Positions 18,998-29,195 are shown, numbered from the stretch's first letter. The stretch: DNA of 64,000 bases from Clostridiales bacterium (GCA_038562165.1 JBCFAO010000001.1:34527-98526); one strand, 5' to 3'. Notes: generated by a model not told the origin, from the sequence alone. Translations and numbers: made by a program.

Positions 18998-19469
18998 GGA
19001 GGTAGTTTGTATCAATGCGTTAAAAACGGTAAAGATCACATCGGAATTTCCCGCAGCCGCACCGGAAATTTGGTCCCGGCTGACAAAAGTGGAAACCCTG
19101 CAGTACATTGCCGCTCCCTATGCCACATTTGAACCGCTGAGTCCCGCGGATGCAAACACATGGTCTGCCGGTTCCACCAGGCATTACCGCCTGAACATAT
19201 TCAGAATCATACCAATAGGAGTTCATACCATCCATGTGCGTAAATTTGATGAAGCTGCCCATTATGTTTTTACCGAGGAAAGCAACCGGCGGGTGCCGGC
19301 TTGGAACCACACCATTACTATTGAGCCAATTCATGAGCATAAATCGCGGTATACCGATATTGTAGAAATTGACGCCGGTCTGCTTACCGGATTGGTATGC
19401 TTTTGGAGCAAGCTTTTTTATCGCCATAGACAAAAAAAGTGGATAGAATTGCTTTCATCAGCATCTTAG
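18951..19469 (+). CDS. SRPBCC/polyketide cyclase-like hypothetical protein; start uncertain
   Basis: FPAAAPEIW...WNHTI...YTDIVEI...YRHRQ pattern; the strong RBS at 18996 has no canonical in-frame start. Confidence 0.6.
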   Translation: MAARSSSPITSPIKGKEVVCINALKTVKITSEFPAAAPEIWSRLTKVETLQYIAAPYATFEPLSPADANTWSAGSTRHYRLNIFRIIPIGVHTIHVRKFDEAAHYVFTEESNRRVPAWNHTITIEPIHEHKSRYTDIVEIDAGLLTGLVCFWSKLFYRHRQKKWIELLSSAS

Positions 19470-19510
19470 CCGGCTGAGGCCGGGCTGCCCTTATCGCCTC
19501 TATCGCCTCT

Positions 19511-20119
19511 TCAATTCACCTGCCTGGCTGCGGCAACCGCAGTCAGGATTTTTTGTTTATCCTTGCAGCGGTCTGTCTCCACCCCGCTGCTCAAATCCAC
19601 GCCCATGGGCCTGACCTGCCGGATAGCTGCGGCCAGGTTGCCGGGGTTCAAGCCCCCTGCCAGGAAAAAGGGCCGGCTAATGGCAGCAGTCAGGCTCCAA
19701 TCAAAACTCTGTCCGCTGCCGCCGCCATTGTCCAGGATGATCTGGTCGGCAGAGGAAGCGGCGGCGGCCGCCAGATCGGAAAGGACCCGGATCCGGAAGG
19801 CCTTCCAGATTGGCTTTCCTGCCACCCGGCTGCGCAGGGCGGCGATATATTGCTCATCTTCCCGGCCGTGGAGCTGTACTGCGGCAATGATCCCTTCCTG
19901 CAGCAATGCTGCCGCTTTCTCCAGGGGCTGATCCACCAGCACACCTACCGGTATGATCCCCGGAGCCAGGTTGCGGGTTAAATCCCGAACCTGCTGGGGC
20001 GTCACGTTACGGTGACTTTCGGGAAAATCGATAATAAAACCGCAGTAATCGGGAGCGGCCTCGTTGACGTAATCAATGTCACAGGGGCGGGACAGGCCGC
20101 AGATTTTGATTTTCGTCAT
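19511..20119 (-). CDS. trpF: Phosphoribosylanthranilate isomerase
   Basis: KIKICGL, VQLHG, LAGGL, VDLSSGVE. Confidence 0.96.
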   Translation of the reverse strand: MTKIKICGLSRPCDIDYVNEAAPDYCGFIIDFPESHRNVTPQQVRDLTRNLAPGIIPVGVLVDQPLEKAAALLQEGIIAAVQLHGREDEQYIAALRSRVAGKPIWKAFRIRVLSDLAAAAASSADQIILDNGGGSGQSFDWSLTAAISRPFFLAGGLNPGNLAAAIRQVRPMGVDLSSGVETDRCKDKQKILTAVAAARQVN

Positions 20120-21003
20120 CTTCCGACTCCTTTTTTCATAGCCGTCAGCATAGCCTGCCTGTCACGGCTGCTCATGAGGGCTTCGCCTATGAGCACTGCA
20201 TCGGCGCCGCTCTCCCGTAAAACAGCCACATCCTCCGGGCCGGACACGCCGGACTCGGCTACATACAGCACATGAGGCGGAACCTGTTGCCGCAGCCGGG
20301 CGGCATTGGTAATATCCACTTGGAAATTCTTCAAATTCCGGTTGTTGACGCCGATGATTCGGGCGCCGGCAGCCAAGGCAGAGGAAATCTCCGTCTCATT
20401 GTGAGCCTCCACCAGCGCCGACAGGCCCAATTGCCCGCATAGCTGCAAATACCGGACAATATCAGCCCTGTCCAGCAGAGCGCAGATCAGCAGTACTGCA
20501 TCGGCGCCCAAAACTTTGGCCTGATAAATTTGGTATTCGTCCACCACAAAGTCTTTGCGCAGCATAGGCAGAGACACCGCTTGCCTTATCTCTCGGAAGA
20601 TTTGATCGGATCCTTGGAACCATCTGGGCTCCGTCAGGCAGGAGATGCAATCCGCCCCCGCCGCCTGGTAGTCCCGGGCAATATCCAGATAGGGGAAGTC
20701 CGGCGAAATGACTCCCTTGGAAGGAGAAGCTTTTTTCACCTCACAGATAAAACTCATACCCGGCTTACGCAGGGCCGCCTCAAAGGCATTGCAATCGGCG
20801 CCGCATCCACTGCTGCCTTCGTCTCCGCTATTACCGCCTTCGTCTCCGCCATTGCCGCCTTCGCCTCCGCCAACACTGCCACTCCTGGCCTTGCTCCCAA
20901 CCAGCTCAAAGCATTGCCGCTTCAATTCTTCCAGGGAAACCCGGGCCCTCTCCTGCTCCACCCGGCAGAGGGCATGGGCGGCAATCTCCTGTAAAATATT
21001 CAT
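20116..21003 (-). CDS. trpC: Indole-3-glycerol phosphate synthase with a Gly-rich insertion
   Basis: [26 protein letters not shown]. Confidence 0.96.
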   Translation of the reverse strand: MNILQEIAAHALCRVEQERARVSLEELKRQCFELVGSKARSGSVGGGEGGNGGDEGGNSGDEGSSGCGADCNAFEAALRKPGMSFICEVKKASPSKGVISPDFPYLDIARDYQAAGADCISCLTEPRWFQGSDQIFREIRQAVSLPMLRKDFVVDEYQIYQAKVLGADAVLLICALLDRADIVRYLQLCGQLGLSALVEAHNETEISSALAAGARIIGVNNRNLKNFQVDITNAARLRQQVPPHVLYVAESGVSGPEDVAVLRESGADAVLIGEALMSSRDRQAMLTAMKKGVGR

Positions 21004-22010
21004 CGGCTGCTCTCCTCCACAAACTGCTTCAGCTTGGCCCGGGCCCCGCCGCTGTCCAACAGTTCTTCAGCCAGCCTTACTCCCGCTCCTATGGTTTCGG
21101 TTTTGCCGCCGATATAAAGAGCGGCGCCGGCGTTAAGGCACACTGCCTGGCGCTTGGGACCCCGTTCTCTGCCCTCCAGGATAGCCTCGGTGATGGCGGC
21201 GTTTTCCGTGGTGGCTCCGCCCACCAGGTCTTCCTTGCTGCAGCGGCTATAGCCAAACTGCTCAGGGGTAAGCTCATAGGACTGAAACCAGCCATCTCTG
21301 ATCTCACACACCGCAGTGGGGGCGCTCATGGATATTTCGTCCAGCTTATCCAGGCCGTAGACCACCATGCCCCGGGTGACCCCCAGTTTGGCCATTACTT
21401 GAGCCAGAGGTTCCACCAGGGCCTCTTCGTACACGCCCATCAGTTCCATGTCAGCCCCGGCCGGGTTGGACAGGGGCCCCAGGATATTGAACACCGTACG
21501 GATTCCCAGCTCCTTTCGGATGGGCGCCACATATTTCATGGCAATGTGATAGTTCTGGGCAAAGAGAAAGCAGATGCCAATACCCCGCAGCAGTTGAGCG
21601 CTCCGCTCCGGCGGCAGATTGATGTTGACGCCCAAGGCTTCCAGCACGTCGGCGGAACCGCACTTCGATGAAGCGGCCCGGTTGCCGTGTTTGGCCACCG
21701 GCACACCGCCGGCAGCGATGACCAGAGAAGCCGTAGTGGAGATATTGAAGGAGTTGGCCCCGTCGCCGCCGGTACCCACGATTTCAAGTACATTCATATC
21801 ATGAAGCAGCTTGATGCAATGAGCCCGCATCCCGGCGGCGGAGGCGGTGATCTCGTCGATGGTCTCTCCCTTGAGAGACAGGGCGGTAAGGTAAGCCGAC
21901 ATTTGAACGGGGCTGGCCCGGCCGTCCATGATTTCGTTCATTACGGCTTCCGCCTGGGCGTAGGAAAGGTCTTTTTTCTGGGACAGGCTGATAATGGCTT
22001 CCCGGATCAT
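21000..22010 (-). CDS. trpD: Anthranilate phosphoribosyltransferase
   Basis: [25 protein letters not shown]. Confidence 0.97.
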   Translation of the reverse strand: MIREAIISLSQKKDLSYAQAEAVMNEIMDGRASPVQMSAYLTALSLKGETIDEITASAAGMRAHCIKLLHDMNVLEIVGTGGDGANSFNISTTASLVIAAGGVPVAKHGNRAASSKCGSADVLEALGVNINLPPERSAQLLRGIGICFLFAQNYHIAMKYVAPIRKELGIRTVFNILGPLSNPAGADMELMGVYEEALVEPLAQVMAKLGVTRGMVVYGLDKLDEISMSAPTAVCEIRDGWFQSYELTPEQFGYSRCSKEDLVGGATTENAAITEAILEGRERGPKRQAVCLNAGAALYIGGKTETIGAGVRLAEELLDSGGARAKLKQFVEESSR

Positions 22011-22609
22011 ATTAAATTCCCCCTATCTAAGGTAGTCAAGGAAAGACTGGCAAAGAAAGTGCGGATGATGGTTTCTCCCATTGGAGTCATAATCGACTCC
22101 GGATGGAACTGGACGCCGCAAACGGGATAATCCCGGTGCTCCACGGCCATGACTTCACCCTCCGTTGTCCGGGCGGTAACCCGCAGCACATCGGGGATAG
22201 CAGCCTCCAGCGCCGCCAGGGAGTGATAGCGGGCAGCGGGAAAAGGCTCCTCCAACCCCCGAAACAGGCGGCTATCCGGCTCACCCCCTATCAGGGAGGG
22301 TTTGCCATGCATAAGACATTTGGCATAAGAAACCGTGCCGCCGAAAGCTTCGATAATGGCCTGGTGGCCCAGGCAGACGCCGAAGATGGGCACCTGTCCG
22401 GCCAAGGCGCGGACAGCAGCTTCACAGATGCCGGCCTTCGCCGGATGGCCGGGGCCGGGTGAAAGGAACAGAGCCGCCGGAGCCATGGCCTCCAGCTCTT
22501 CCACCGTACAGGCGTCGTTGCGCAATACCTTAATATCGCTGCGGACAGTACCGATAAGCTGGTATAGGTTGTAAGAAAAACTGTCGTAGTTGTCGATAAG
22601 CACAATCAT
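22007..22609 (-). CDS. trpG: Anthranilate synthase component II
   Basis: [30 protein letters not shown]. Confidence 0.95.
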   Translation of the reverse strand: MIVLIDNYDSFSYNLYQLIGTVRSDIKVLRNDACTVEELEAMAPAALFLSPGPGHPAKAGICEAAVRALAGQVPIFGVCLGHQAIIEAFGGTVSYAKCLMHGKPSLIGGEPDSRLFRGLEEPFPAARYHSLAALEAAIPDVLRVTARTTEGEVMAVEHRDYPVCGVQFHPESIMTPMGETIIRTFFASLSLTTLDRGNLI

Positions 22610-24150
22610 GCCAATCCCCCCTCTGCCAATTCCAGGGCCTTGACCACAGCCCGGGCCTTATTAATGCATTCCGTAAATTCCTTCTCCGGCACGCTATCGG
22701 CTACAATACCTGCCCCGGACTGGACGCAAACCCTGCCCTTCTTCTTGTAAGCCAGCCGGATGGCAATGCAGGTATCCAGATTGCCGGTGAAATCCAGGTA
22801 GCCGATGGCCCCGCCATAGATGCCCCGTTTCCGGCCCTCCAGTTCCTGAATAATCTGACAGGCCCGCAGCTTTGGTGCGCCGGAAAGGGTTCCCGCCGGC
22901 AAAATGGCGTCCACCGCGTCCACTGCATCCTTATCCTGGCGGATCCTGCCAGAGATAGTGGAGCCGATATGCATGACATGGGAAAATCTCTCGATAGTCA
23001 GATACTGCTCTACCCGGACGGTTCCCAGGGCACTGATCCGGCCGATATCATTGCGGCCCAGATCCACCAGCATATTGTGCTCAGCCAGTTCCTTCTCATC
23101 GCTGAGCAATTCCCGCTCCAGGCGAAAATCCTCTTCCGCCGTCTTACCCCGGGGCCGGGTCCCCGCCAAGGGAAAGGTATGGAGGACCCCGTCCTCCAGC
23201 TTCACCAGAGTCTCCGGCGAAGCGCCGGCAATCTCCACGTCGTCGCTGGAAAAGTAGAACATATAGGGTGAGGGATTTTCTGTGCGCAGCACCCGGTAAG
23301 CGTCAAACAAGCTGCCCTCTGCCGGGGCAGTCAGGGGGTCGGAGAGCACTACCTGAAAGATATCCCCCTCCCGGATATAATGCTTGGCCCTCTCCACCAT
23401 CTTACAGTACTCCTCCTGGGAAAAGACGGGGGCAAGAGGCTGTCTGAGACGGAGGGGCTTGAAATCCCCCCGGGCGCCGCTGGCCAGCAGCCGGGCCATC
23501 TCATTCAACTCCTCCTCCGCCTCGCCATAGGACTCTTCCAGCCGGGCAGGATCGGCGCCGGCGATGAGAATAAGCTTCTGCCGGCCATGGTCAAAGACGA
23601 TCACCTTATCGAACAGCATCAGGTCCACATCCCGAAAATCCTCCTCCGGCCCGGCAGAAAGCCGCAGCGTCGGTTCCCCATATTTGATGTAGTCGTAAGA
23701 AAAGTAGCCCACCAAGCCACCGGTAAAGGGTGGCAGCCCCTCCACCTTCGGGCTGCGGTATTGGGCTAGGATATTCCGAATGGCCTGGCCGGGATGGCCA
23801 GGGTTCTCCGAGCGGCCGGGGTGGCTGGGCTGGCCGGGCTGGCCGGCCCGGATCACAGGCTCCTCAAGTTCCTCTTGCTCCCCTTCTTTGTTTACCCTGC
23901 GCAAACTAATTTGGCCGTCGGTGCAAGTCAGCTCCAGAGTAGGAGAATAGCCTAAAAAAGAATACCTGCCCCATTTGTGACTGCTGTCCGCACTCTCCAG
24001 CAGATAGCAATGGCGGCTGGCTGCCCTCAGCGTACGCATGACTTCCACCGGAGTAAAACGGTCGGCCAGCAGCTCCCGGCTAACCGGAATACGCCGGTAA
24101 TCACCGCTGCCAGCAATTTGCCTGGCCTGTTCCAAAGTTGGATACATCAT
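22606..24150 (-). CDS. trpE: Anthranilate synthase component I
   Basis: LLES, GRYSF, NPSPY, EHNMLVDLGRND, GTLSGAPK. True start is ATG 24150 (GGAAGG RBS); the longer ORF extends into the T-box leader. Confidence 0.95.
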   Translation of the reverse strand: MMYPTLEQARQIAGSGDYRRIPVSRELLADRFTPVEVMRTLRAASRHCYLLESADSSHKWGRYSFLGYSPTLELTCTDGQISLRRVNKEGEQEELEEPVIRAGQPGQPSHPGRSENPGHPGQAIRNILAQYRSPKVEGLPPFTGGLVGYFSYDYIKYGEPTLRLSAGPEEDFRDVDLMLFDKVIVFDHGRQKLILIAGADPARLEESYGEAEEELNEMARLLASGARGDFKPLRLRQPLAPVFSQEEYCKMVERAKHYIREGDIFQVVLSDPLTAPAEGSLFDAYRVLRTENPSPYMFYFSSDDVEIAGASPETLVKLEDGVLHTFPLAGTRPRGKTAEEDFRLERELLSDEKELAEHNMLVDLGRNDIGRISALGTVRVEQYLTIERFSHVMHIGSTISGRIRQDKDAVDAVDAILPAGTLSGAPKLRACQIIQELEGRKRGIYGGAIGYLDFTGNLDTCIAIRLAYKKKGRVCVQSGAGIVADSVPEKEFTECINKARAVVKALELAEGGLA

Positions 24151-24179
24151 AAAAAACCTTCCTTTCGGCTGCCGGAGGC

Positions 24180-24460
24180 AAAGAAAAAACCCGCCCCTGA
24201 CAGAATTTAAATGTCTGTCAAGGACGGGTATAAAAATTATTCCCGCGGTGCCACCTTGATTCACGGCTTGACCCGTGCTCTCGACGAGATACCAACATAT
24301 CTCCGGCAACTGACGTATGCCCTACGTCGCAGAATACTTGGCTCATCACCGTTCCCTGCGCCCTCAGCGGTCCATTTGGCAACCTGCGTTCGATCCGGCT
24401 CTCAGCTGCCCGGACTCTCTGTGCGTGCACAATTACTTTGATCTCCGCTTCTACGGTTTG
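24180..24460 (-). ncRNA. Trp T-box riboswitch leader
   Basis: Minus strand: AGAGAG...GCTGAGAG stem-I motifs; UGG specifier at 24372-24374; T-box AATCAAGGTGGCACCGCG (~24244-24261); terminator CCCGTCCTTGACAGA...TCTGTCAGGGGCGGG plus T-tract. Confidence 0.93.
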
Positions 24461-24481
24461 CGATATGAAATTGTTGGTCTG

Positions 24482-24510
24482 ATTATAAAGGCTGCCTTCG
24501 GCTATGTCAA
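24482..24510 (-). promoter_or_regulatory. Sigma-A promoter of the trp operon
   Basis: TTGACA-17 bp-TATAAT, perfect consensus. Confidence 0.85.
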
Positions 24511-24553
24511 GAATTATTTAGGCGTCTTATAAATTATGAGGACTTAAATATTT

Positions 24554-25540
24554 CTACATATTTGAAATCAGCAAGGTGAAGTCAAGTGCATTTATTTCCC
24601 GATATACTCCATATTGAATACAACTGCAAAAATCTTCCCATGTGTTTTCCGAGTAATCCTCGATATAAGGAAATTTAATATTTTCTTTATGAAAAAAAGG
24701 CTCTGCTTCTACATGGCAAATATAAGGATATATTAGCCGGTTAGCTTTAATTTCATCCTTCCAATATAAATCGTCGGCAGCACCCTTTAATTGCCTTAAA
24801 CGTTTGTCAGATAATTTTGAAGTAACTTTATAGGCAACTATCTTTTTTACGTTAAGATCACCCTGCTTTATCGAATCAATAAATATTTTTCTTTTACCAC
24901 GGCGGCCATCTGCATCTATCATTACACAAATATCATTTGGCTGTAAATCCCTCACAAATATGTTTTTTTCATACCCATCTTCTTTAAAACCCAGCAAGGA
25001 GGGGCTTCCGGGATCTCTCTTATATAAACTTCCGTCATCGGCAAAGTAATTCTTATGCGCTGCATTACTAATCGGATAAAGGACTATTCTTGGAATATTT
25101 CTAATATAATTGCCAACCATAAAATCTTCGAGAGTGCTGTCAATATATTCATCGGACTTCAACTTAAACCACTTCTTAAATGATTTTTTAAACTGTGTTT
25201 CCGTATTAGCAGAACTTAAGATTGATATCTGCTGCACATTTGGTATTTTTTTATTCTCGCGCACTACCAAAATTACGCCATTCAATTCCTTGAATTTTGG
25301 AAAGTCGGCACTTTTATCGTGTTTATGAGCGATGAAATTTTGGGAAATCCATTCGACTTCTACCGGAATCCATATGCCATTTGATAATTTGCCTTCTAAA
25401 TCCCAAAAGGTTCCCGTTTTATTAGACCTTGCATCTACAAGTAATTGATATTCGTTTTTGTATTTCACAGATAGTTCCATACTTGAAATATGCTCAATAA
25501 TGTATTCCTGTAAAACGATCTCATGTATGTATTGACTCAT
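24554..25540 (-). CDS. AT-rich hypothetical protein; putative PD-(D/E)XK-type nuclease with an EVE/PUA-like C-terminal domain
   Basis: WDL...PVEVEWISQNFIAHKHD N-terminal motif; DLQPNDICV and YWKDE...IYPY C-terminal motifs; visibly more AT-rich than the flanks. Confidence 0.5.
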   Translation of the reverse strand: MSQYIHEIVLQEYIIEHISSMELSVKYKNEYQLLVDARSNKTGTFWDLEGKLSNGIWIPVEVEWISQNFIAHKHDKSADFPKFKELNGVILVVRENKKIPNVQQISILSSANTETQFKKSFKKWFKLKSDEYIDSTLEDFMVGNYIRNIPRIVLYPISNAAHKNYFADDGSLYKRDPGSPSLLGFKEDGYEKNIFVRDLQPNDICVMIDADGRRGKRKIFIDSIKQGDLNVKKIVAYKVTSKLSDKRLRQLKGAADDLYWKDEIKANRLIYPYICHVEAEPFFHKENIKFPYIEDYSENTWEDFCSCIQYGVYREINALDFTLLISNM

Positions 25541-25621
25541 TACATATGCACCTCCATATCTCCGGCAGTATAGTTACTCAAGTGAACTGTTATTTCTTAA
25601 GTATAATCAAATTATAATCAA

Positions 25622-25653
25622 AAAACCACTTTTGATTTCTCAAAAGTGGTTTT
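25622..25653 (-). terminator. Terminator downstream of tRNA-Ala
   Basis: AAAACCACTTTTG-loop-CAAAAGTGGTTTT. Confidence 0.75.
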
Positions 25654-25660
25654 GTTTTAG

Positions 25661-25733
<73 letters not shown>

Positions 25734-25908
25734 ATATTTTACTGAATATGCAGTTTAGCAAGTCCAATGTTCCTGCAACATTGATTATTCTAGCATAACA
25801 TTTATGATCCTGCAACTACTTTTTTTACTTTTTTACGATTGTTGTTGAATAGAAGATTTTGTTATATCATTTATGTAACCTTAATAAAAATTAGAAAGTG
25901 AGCCTGCC

Positions 25909-26277
25909 ATGAACGACATATCTATCGACAATATCCTCAACCGCATAGAACAGTTTTGCAAGGACCGCAATTGGGATCAATTCCACACACCGAAAGAGCT
26001 GGCTATCGGCGCCGTCACCGAAGCTGCCGAGTTGTTGGATTTATTTCGTTTTCTTTCTGACCAACAAATAGAAGATATGCTGACCGACGAAAACGGGCGC
26101 GCTAAAATAGGCCAAGAGCTAGCGGATATCCTATACTTCTTACTGCGCTTTTCCCAACTCTACGGCTTTGACTTGCTTGAGGAAGTTGATAAGAAAATGA
26201 GCATTAACGAGGCGAAATATCCCGTAAAATTATCCCGGGATTGCAATTTGAAATACAATGAACTGACAGAGAAATAA
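25909..26277 (+). CDS. MazG-like nucleotide pyrophosphohydrolase (DCTPP1/RS21-C6 type)
   Basis: RNWDQFHTPKELA...EAAELL...ELADI...N.AKYP. Confidence 0.9.
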   Translation: MNDISIDNILNRIEQFCKDRNWDQFHTPKELAIGAVTEAAELLDLFRFLSDQQIEDMLTDENGRAKIGQELADILYFLLRFSQLYGFDLLEEVDKKMSINEAKYPVKLSRDCNLKYNELTEK

Positions 26278-26295
26278 TAATAGGAGGCAATCTGA

Positions 26296-26934
26296 ATGAA
26301 ACGGAACCATACTATTTTCTTAACATTACTGATTATCCTTTTTGCATTATTCCTGGCCTCTTGCGGCGAAGGCGACGAGCCTATGGCTGAAAAACCTGTG
26401 ATTTATTTGTACCCCGCAGAAAAAACCGACATTACCGTTAAGCTTGATTATCATGGCGAACTCTTTGTTACCTATCCAAGCTATGGCGAGGGCTGGAATG
26501 TAACTGCCTACCCTGATGGCACAATTATTAACAAAGCTGATGGCCAGGAGTATTCCTATTTGTTTTGGGAAGGAAGCGCAGACAGCGAATACGATTTTTC
26601 TGCAGGCTTTGTTGTAAAAGGCGGGGATACGGAAGCTTTCTTGAAAGAAAAGCTTAAATTCATGGGGCTTTTGCCTAAAGAATATAATGAATTCATTGTG
26701 TATTGGCTGCCGAAAATGATCGCTAATCCTTACAACCTGATTTCATTTCAAGGAAAAGCCTATACAGACGATGCCCCACTGGAGATTTCCCCTGCTCCGG
26801 ACAGCGTGCTAAGAGTTTTCATGGCCTTCAAACCTCTTGAGAGGGCAATAGAGGTACCTGAGCAGAAATTAGAGCCTTTCCAGCGAAAAGGCTTCACCGT
26901 TATCGAATGGGGCGGCAGTCAAGTCATTGATTAG
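26296..26934 (+). CDS. Conserved hypothetical lipoprotein (KPVIYLYP...EWGG family)
   Basis: Lipobox LASC; KPVIYLYP, YSYLFWEG, EFIVYWLP, EWGG. Confidence 0.8.
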   Translation: MKRNHTIFLTLLIILFALFLASCGEGDEPMAEKPVIYLYPAEKTDITVKLDYHGELFVTYPSYGEGWNVTAYPDGTIINKADGQEYSYLFWEGSADSEYDFSAGFVVKGGDTEAFLKEKLKFMGLLPKEYNEFIVYWLPKMIANPYNLISFQGKAYTDDAPLEISPAPDSVLRVFMAFKPLERAIEVPEQKLEPFQRKGFTVIEWGGSQVID

Positions 26935-26947
26935 GCCGCAATACTGT

Positions 26948-28200
26948 TTATATACAAAAAGCTGCATAAAGGGGCACTGTTTTGATGCGGTTTTCAAAAC
27001 CAAAGTTCCTGCCGGACAGCTTGATTGCGTAGGCCGGCTTATAGGTGTCAATATAGACTCCCAGGCTTTTCGCTTTCGTATTGTCAGCAGCCTTGACCTC
27101 GATGGGAATAATTTCACCCTGTCGCTGGATCACAAAATCCACCTCAGCGCCTCTTGGGGAAAACCAATAAAAACAGGTATATCCATTTGCGGTCAGTTGG
27201 CAGCATACGTAATTTTCTGTCATGCCTCCCTTGAAATCGTCCAGTTCGCCGGAAAGATACAAAACGTCTTCCGCAACCACGTCTTTCTTGGCGCAAAGCA
27301 ACCCTACATCGGATACATAGGTTTTGAAAGAATCGATATTGCGGTAGTTTTCAAGAGGCTTCATCGCTTGTTCAACCTGATAGATTCTGGTGACAATACC
27401 AGAGAGTGCCAGCCACTCGATTGCGTTCTCAAATTCAGAAGCCCTGCCTCCCTTTTTAATAAGCTTATACTGAAAACGTGTGTTTTTCTTTGAGAGCTGA
27501 ACAGTGATATTGTCGTATACCAGACGCACCTTTTTAATTTCGTTCTCCTGATTGTATTTGCTCATATCATTAAGATAGCTGGTAAGGATGGTCTTTTGGG
27601 TATGGCGGATCAAAATATAATCCTTTGTTTCCACGAATTTAGCTACACAATCGGGCATCCCACCCACTATCAGGTACTGCCTGTAATAGTTCATGGCGGC
27701 ATCGTGCAAGGCTTGTGGCATCGCTGAATCGCTTTCAAAGCAAGTCTTAATTTGCATGACCAAACTGTCCTCATCCAGGGCCAGCAAGAACTCCTCAAAA
27801 TCCATTGGGTAGAGTGTCTTGATATCCACCTTGCCGACGGGGAAGGAGAATAGTTCTCTGTTAACAGCCACACCCAATAAACTTCCGGCCGCAATCACGT
27901 GATAGTCCGGCGCATTTTCGCAGAAGTATTTCAAAGATGTAAGAGCCCTCTCGCATAGCTGAACCGCATCGAAAACGATGAGGGTTTTTTTTCGTATGAT
28001 CGTTTGGCCGGCAAGGCGGGATAATATGGGCACCAAATAGTCTGGATCCAGACTTTCTTCAAAAGTTTTTATCAGTGAAGGATTTGTTTCAAAATTAAAA
28101 TAGGCGACGTTTTCGTAATTATTCCGGCCAAATTCGAGAATCGAATAGGTTTTTCCTACCTGTCTGGCGCCTTGTAAAATAAGGGGCCTGCGAAGTTTTT
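26948..28200 (-). pseudogene. 5'-truncated AAA_14/DUF4143 ATPase with a mutated Walker B motif
   Basis: GARQVGKT Walker A without a plausible start or RBS nearby; Walker B reads IVFDAVQ (GCG instead of GAG); C-terminal EVDF...IEVK. Confidence 0.7.
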
Positions 28201-28298
28201 TAAGTCTTACACCAGTAAAAAAATTGACATATGTCTTACTTTTTGTTAATATCTGAATTACGATTAAAAGACAGGACGACAGATAGGAGGTATGCTCT

Positions 28299-28850
28299 GT
28301 GTATAAAGGAACGAATCCCTCTGCTAAGCGTTCGCAGGAGTGGATTGCTAATTCTCTTGTTTCTTTGATGCGGGAAAAATCCTTCGAACAAATTTCAATA
28401 AAAGAAATCATGGAAGACAGCAAGCTGGCCAGGCAAACTTTTTATCAGGTATTTGATTCGAAAGAGGATGTGCTGGAATATTACATGGATTGTTTGTTTG
28501 CCGAATATTTAAAACGTTGTGAAGCGGAGGTGGTTGGCAATCTCTGCGACGCCGCAAAATTATTTTTTAAATTTTTCAATCAAAATGAGTCTTTTATCGA
28601 GTCTTTGGCACAAAATCACAAGGTGGGTATCCTGCAAAAAAAATGCAACGACTATTTGCAAAACGAACGCTTTATGAAGTTCACCCATGCCGGCATTCAT
28701 AATCCCCAGGAAAAAGCCTTTGCTTCCGCTTTCGTTACGGCAGGATTAATCGGTTTGCTGGTAGACTGGTTTAAAAGCGGCAAGACTGTCGGCACAGAAG
28801 AGCTGGCTAATCTTGTTTGCAGAATCACCAATACAAAAACCACTGAATAA
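28299..28850 (+). CDS. TetR/AcrR family regulator
   Basis: ISIKEIMEDSKLARQTFYQVFDSKE helix-turn-helix; TTGACA-17-TAATAT at 28224-28252; GGAGG RBS. Confidence 0.9.
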   Translation: MYKGTNPSAKRSQEWIANSLVSLMREKSFEQISIKEIMEDSKLARQTFYQVFDSKEDVLEYYMDCLFAEYLKRCEAEVVGNLCDAAKLFFKFFNQNESFIESLAQNHKVGILQKKCNDYLQNERFMKFTHAGIHNPQEKAFASAFVTAGLIGLLVDWFKSGKTVGTEELANLVCRITNTKTTE

Positions 28851-28862
28851 GGAGACAACGTA

Positions 28863-29195
28863 ATGAAAGTTGGCATAATCAGATGCATGCAAACGGAAGA
28901 CTATTGCCCTGGCACCGCAGACTTCCGGGTAATTCGTGAGAAAAAAGGGGCTTTTGAAGGTGTGGCTGAGGATATCGAGTTGATCGGCTTCACCAACTGC
29001 GGCGGCTGTCCCGGCAAAAAGGCGGTGCTGCGGGCAAGAGAACTGGTGAAAAGAGGAGCGGATACCATCGTTTTTGCCTCCTGCATCCAAAGGGGCAATC
29101 CAATCGGCTACCCTTGTCCTTTTGCGAAAAAAATGAGAGAGATCGTCGTTAAGGACTCTGGGGAGCAAATCAGAATCTTGGATTATACCCATTAA
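28863..29195 (+). CDS. CGGC domain protein (putative Fe-S/redox)
   Basis: IIRC...CPG...CGGCPGK...ASC...CP. Confidence 0.88.
   Translation: MKVGIIRCMQTEDYCPGTADFRVIREKKGAFEGVAEDIELIGFTNCGGCPGKKAVLRARELVKRGADTIVFASCIQRGNPIGYPCPFAKKMREIVVKDSGEQIRILDYTH

Noticed and set aside
24151-24309. N-terminal extension of TrpE in the ORF track
   Set aside because: It overlaps the T-box antiterminator/terminator; the true start is 24150.
28201-28423. N-terminal extension of the left DUF4143 ORF
   Set aside because: It is antisense to tetR and its promoter and has no similarity to the paralogue's N-terminus.
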